From contig BROI01000011.1 of NCBI GenBank assembly GCA_027923505.1, forward strand, positions 806,001 through 870,000: a stretch of 64,000 bases of DNA, written 5' to 3'. The notes beneath the pieces are model-generated. The model was not told the origin of the DNA and made no database searches. It was given only the letters and a program-made list of their open reading frames with translations. The position numbers and the translations under genes were made by a program. Positions 61,401 to 64,000 of this stretch are shown one piece after another. Source of the DNA: Mayamaea pseudoterrestris (lineage: Eukaryota). How positions within the stretch are numbered: the stretch's first letter is position 1; every line of letters begins with the position of its first letter.

Positions 61401-64000
61401 AGGGGCGTTTGAATGTCATGGCATCTGCGGGCTGAGACTGGTGACAAGTTGTCACCAAATACATTGCCACCCCTGAGACACCAGCCAAGCCTACCAGTAG
61501 TGCAGCCTGAATAATGATGTTGGCACCATTCTGGTGTAATTTGGGCACCTACAGGGCTTGCTGTAGGGGCGTTTGAATGTCATGGCATCTGCGGGCTGAG
61601 ACTGGTGACAAGTTGTCACCAAATACATTGCCATCCCCTGAGACACCAGCCAAGCCTACCATCTTGTAGTGCAGCCTGAATAATGATGTTGGCACCATTC
61701 TGGTGTAATTTGGGCACCTACAGGGCTTGCTGTAGGGGCGTTTGAATGTCATGGCATCTGCGGGCTGAGACTGGTGACAAGTTGTCACCAAATACATTGC
61801 CATCCCCTGAGACACCAGCCAAGCCTACCATCTTGTAGTGCAGCCTGAATAATGATGTTGGCACCATTCTGGTGTAATTTGGGCACCTACAGGGCTTGCT
61901 GTAGGGGCGTTTGAATGTCATGGCATCTGCGGGCTGAGACTGGTGACAAGTTGTCACCAAATACATTGCCATCCCCTGAGACACCAGCCAAGCCTACCAT
62001 CTTGTAGCGCAGCCTGAATAATGATGTTGGCACCATTCTGGTGTAATTTGGGCACCTACAGGGCTTGCTGTAGGGGCGTTTGAATGTCATGGCATCTGCG
62101 GGCTGAGACTGGTGACAAGTTGTCACCAAATACATTGCCATCCCCTGAGACACCAGCCAAGCCTACCATCTTGTAGTGCAGCCTGAAAAATGATGTTGGC
62201 ACCATTCTGGTGTAATTTGGGCACCTACAGGGCTTGCTGTAGGGGCGTTTGAATGTCATGGCATCTGCGGGCTGAGACTGGTGACAAGTTGTCACCAAAT
62301 ACATTGCCATCCCCTGAGACACCAGCCAAGCCTACCATCTTGTAGCGCAGCCGGAAAAATGATGTTGGCACCATTCTGGTGTAATTTGGGCACCTACAGG
62401 GCTTGCTGTAGGGGCGTTTGAATGTCATGGCATCTGCGGGCTGAGACTGGTGACAAGTTGTCACCAAATACATTGCCATCCCCTGAGACACCAGCCAAGC
62501 CTACCATGTTGTAGCGCAGCCTGAAAAATGATGTTGGCACCATTCTGGTGTAATTTGGGCACCTACAGGGCTTGCTGTAGGGGCGTTTGAATGTCATGGC
62601 ATCTGCGGGCTGAGACTGGTGACAAGTTGTCACCAAATACATTGCCATCCCCTGAGACACCAGCCAAGCCTACCATCTTGTAGCGCAGCCTGAATAATGA
62701 TGTTGGCACCATTCTGGTGTAATTTGGGCACCTACAGGGCTTGCTGTAGGGGCGTTTGAATGTCATGGCATCTGCGGGCTGAGACTGGTGACAAGTTGTC
62801 ACCAAATACATTGCCATCCCCTGAGACACCAGCCAAGCCTACCATCTTGTAGCGCAGCTGGAATAACGATGTTGGCACCATTCTGGTGTAATTTGGGCAC
62901 CTACAGGGCTTGCTGTAGGGGCGTTTGAATGTCATGGCATCTGCGGGCTGAGACTGGTGACAAGTTGTCACCAAATACATTGCCATCCCCTGAGACACCA
63001 GCCAAGCCTACCATGTTGTAGTGCAGCCTGAAAAATGATGTTGGCACCATTCTGGTGTAATTTGGGCACCTACAGGGCTTGCTGTAGGGGCGTTTGAATG
63101 TCATGGCATCTCGGGCTGAGACTGGTGACAAGTTGTCACCAAATACATTGCCATCCCCTGAGACACCAGCCAAGCCTACCATCTTGTAGCGCAGCCTGAA
63201 TAATGATGTTGGCACCATTCTGGTGTAATTTGGGCACCTACAGGGCTTGCTGTAGGGGCGTTTGAATGTCATGGCATCTAGGGCGCCAAAGGCTCGGCTG
63301 AGACTGGTGACAAGTTGTCACCAAATACATTGCCATCCCCTGAGACACCAGCCAAGCCTACCATCTTGTAGTGCAGCCGGAATAATGATGTTGGCACCAT
63401 TCTGGTGTAATTTGGGCACCTACAGGGCTTGCTGTAGGGGCGTTTGAATGTCATGGCATCTGCGGGCTGAGACTGGTGACAAGTTGTCACCAAATACATT
63501 GCCATCCCCTGAGACACCAGCCAAGCCTACCATCTTGTAGCGCAGCCTGAATAATGATGTTGGCACCATTCTGGTGTAATTTGGGCACCTACAGGGCTTG
63601 CTGTAGGGGCGTTTGAATGTCATGGCATCTGCGGGCTGAGACTGGTGACAAGTTGTCACCAAATACATTGCCATCCCCTGAGACACCAGCCAAGCCTACC
63701 ATGTTGTAGTGCAGCCTGAATAATGATGTTGGCACCATTCTGGTGTAATTTGGGCACCTACAGGGCTTGCTGTAGGGGCGTTTGAATGTCATGGCATCTG
63801 TGTGCTGAGACTGGTGACAAGTTGTCACCAAATACATTGCCATCCCCTGAGACACCAGTCAAGCTACCATGTTGTAGTGCAGCCTGAAAAATGATGTTGG
63901 CACCATTCTGGTGTAATTTGGGCACCTACAGGGCTTGCTGTAGGGGCGTTTGAATGTCATGGCATCTGCGGGCTGAGACTGGTGACAAGTTGTCACCAAA
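37494..64000. repeat. 169-bp tandem satellite array, ~157 head-to-tail copies, continuing beyond the window
   Basis: Consensus cctacagggcttgctgtaggggcgtttgaatgtcatggcatctgcgggctgagactggtgacaagttgtcaccaaatacattgccatcccctgagacaccagccaagcctaccatcttgtagcgcagcctgaataatgatgttggcaccattctggtgtaatttgggca (169 nt, 87 G+C); the ORF track also repeats every 169 nt. Confidence 0.99.

Noticed and set aside
37474..63855. ~150 near-identical 88-aa ORFs (MSQGMAMYLVTT...)
   Set aside because: By-product of a 169-bp period that is not a multiple of 3. The cycling frame hits stops, starts are mostly GTG, and frameshifting variants are tolerated.
37494..64000. CRISPR-like array (palindromic repeats at regular spacing)
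   Set aside because: Sequence between palindromes is identical from unit to unit, so there are no unique spacers; no cas genes; eukaryotic context.
37494..64000. 5S rRNA, snRNA or tRNA tandem gene array
   Set aside because: No recognisable 5S/snRNA sequence, Pol III boxes or cloverleaf in the monomer by eye; an Rfam scan would settle it.

Overview
Eukaryotic, very likely diatom (stramenopile) DNA, judged by short GT-AG introns, compact divergent gene pairs, a p10-before-p20 type III metacaspase and bipartite plastid presequences. There are three zones. (1) 1-32.7 kb is gene-dense and CpG-rich: metacaspase, condensin H, exocyst Sec5, a divergent V-ATPase c subunit, a head-to-head pair of paralogous epimerase-like + DUF616-like fusion genes, an ankyrin-pseudokinase, ARP4, a BAR protein, two plastid-targeted proteins and unknowns. 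(2) 32.9-37.4 kb is a CpG-depleted junction. Two ~460-bp direct repeats, each carrying an intron-containing tRNA-Met(CAT), enclose a 146-bp minisatellite and a decayed reverse-transcriptase (DIRS-like) remnant. (3) 37.5-64 kb is an uninterrupted ~157-copy array of a 169-bp, palindrome-rich, ~51% GC satellite with a ~3.1-kb higher-order duplication, a candidate centromere or heterochromatin block. Family calls come from motif recognition by eye, not database searches.
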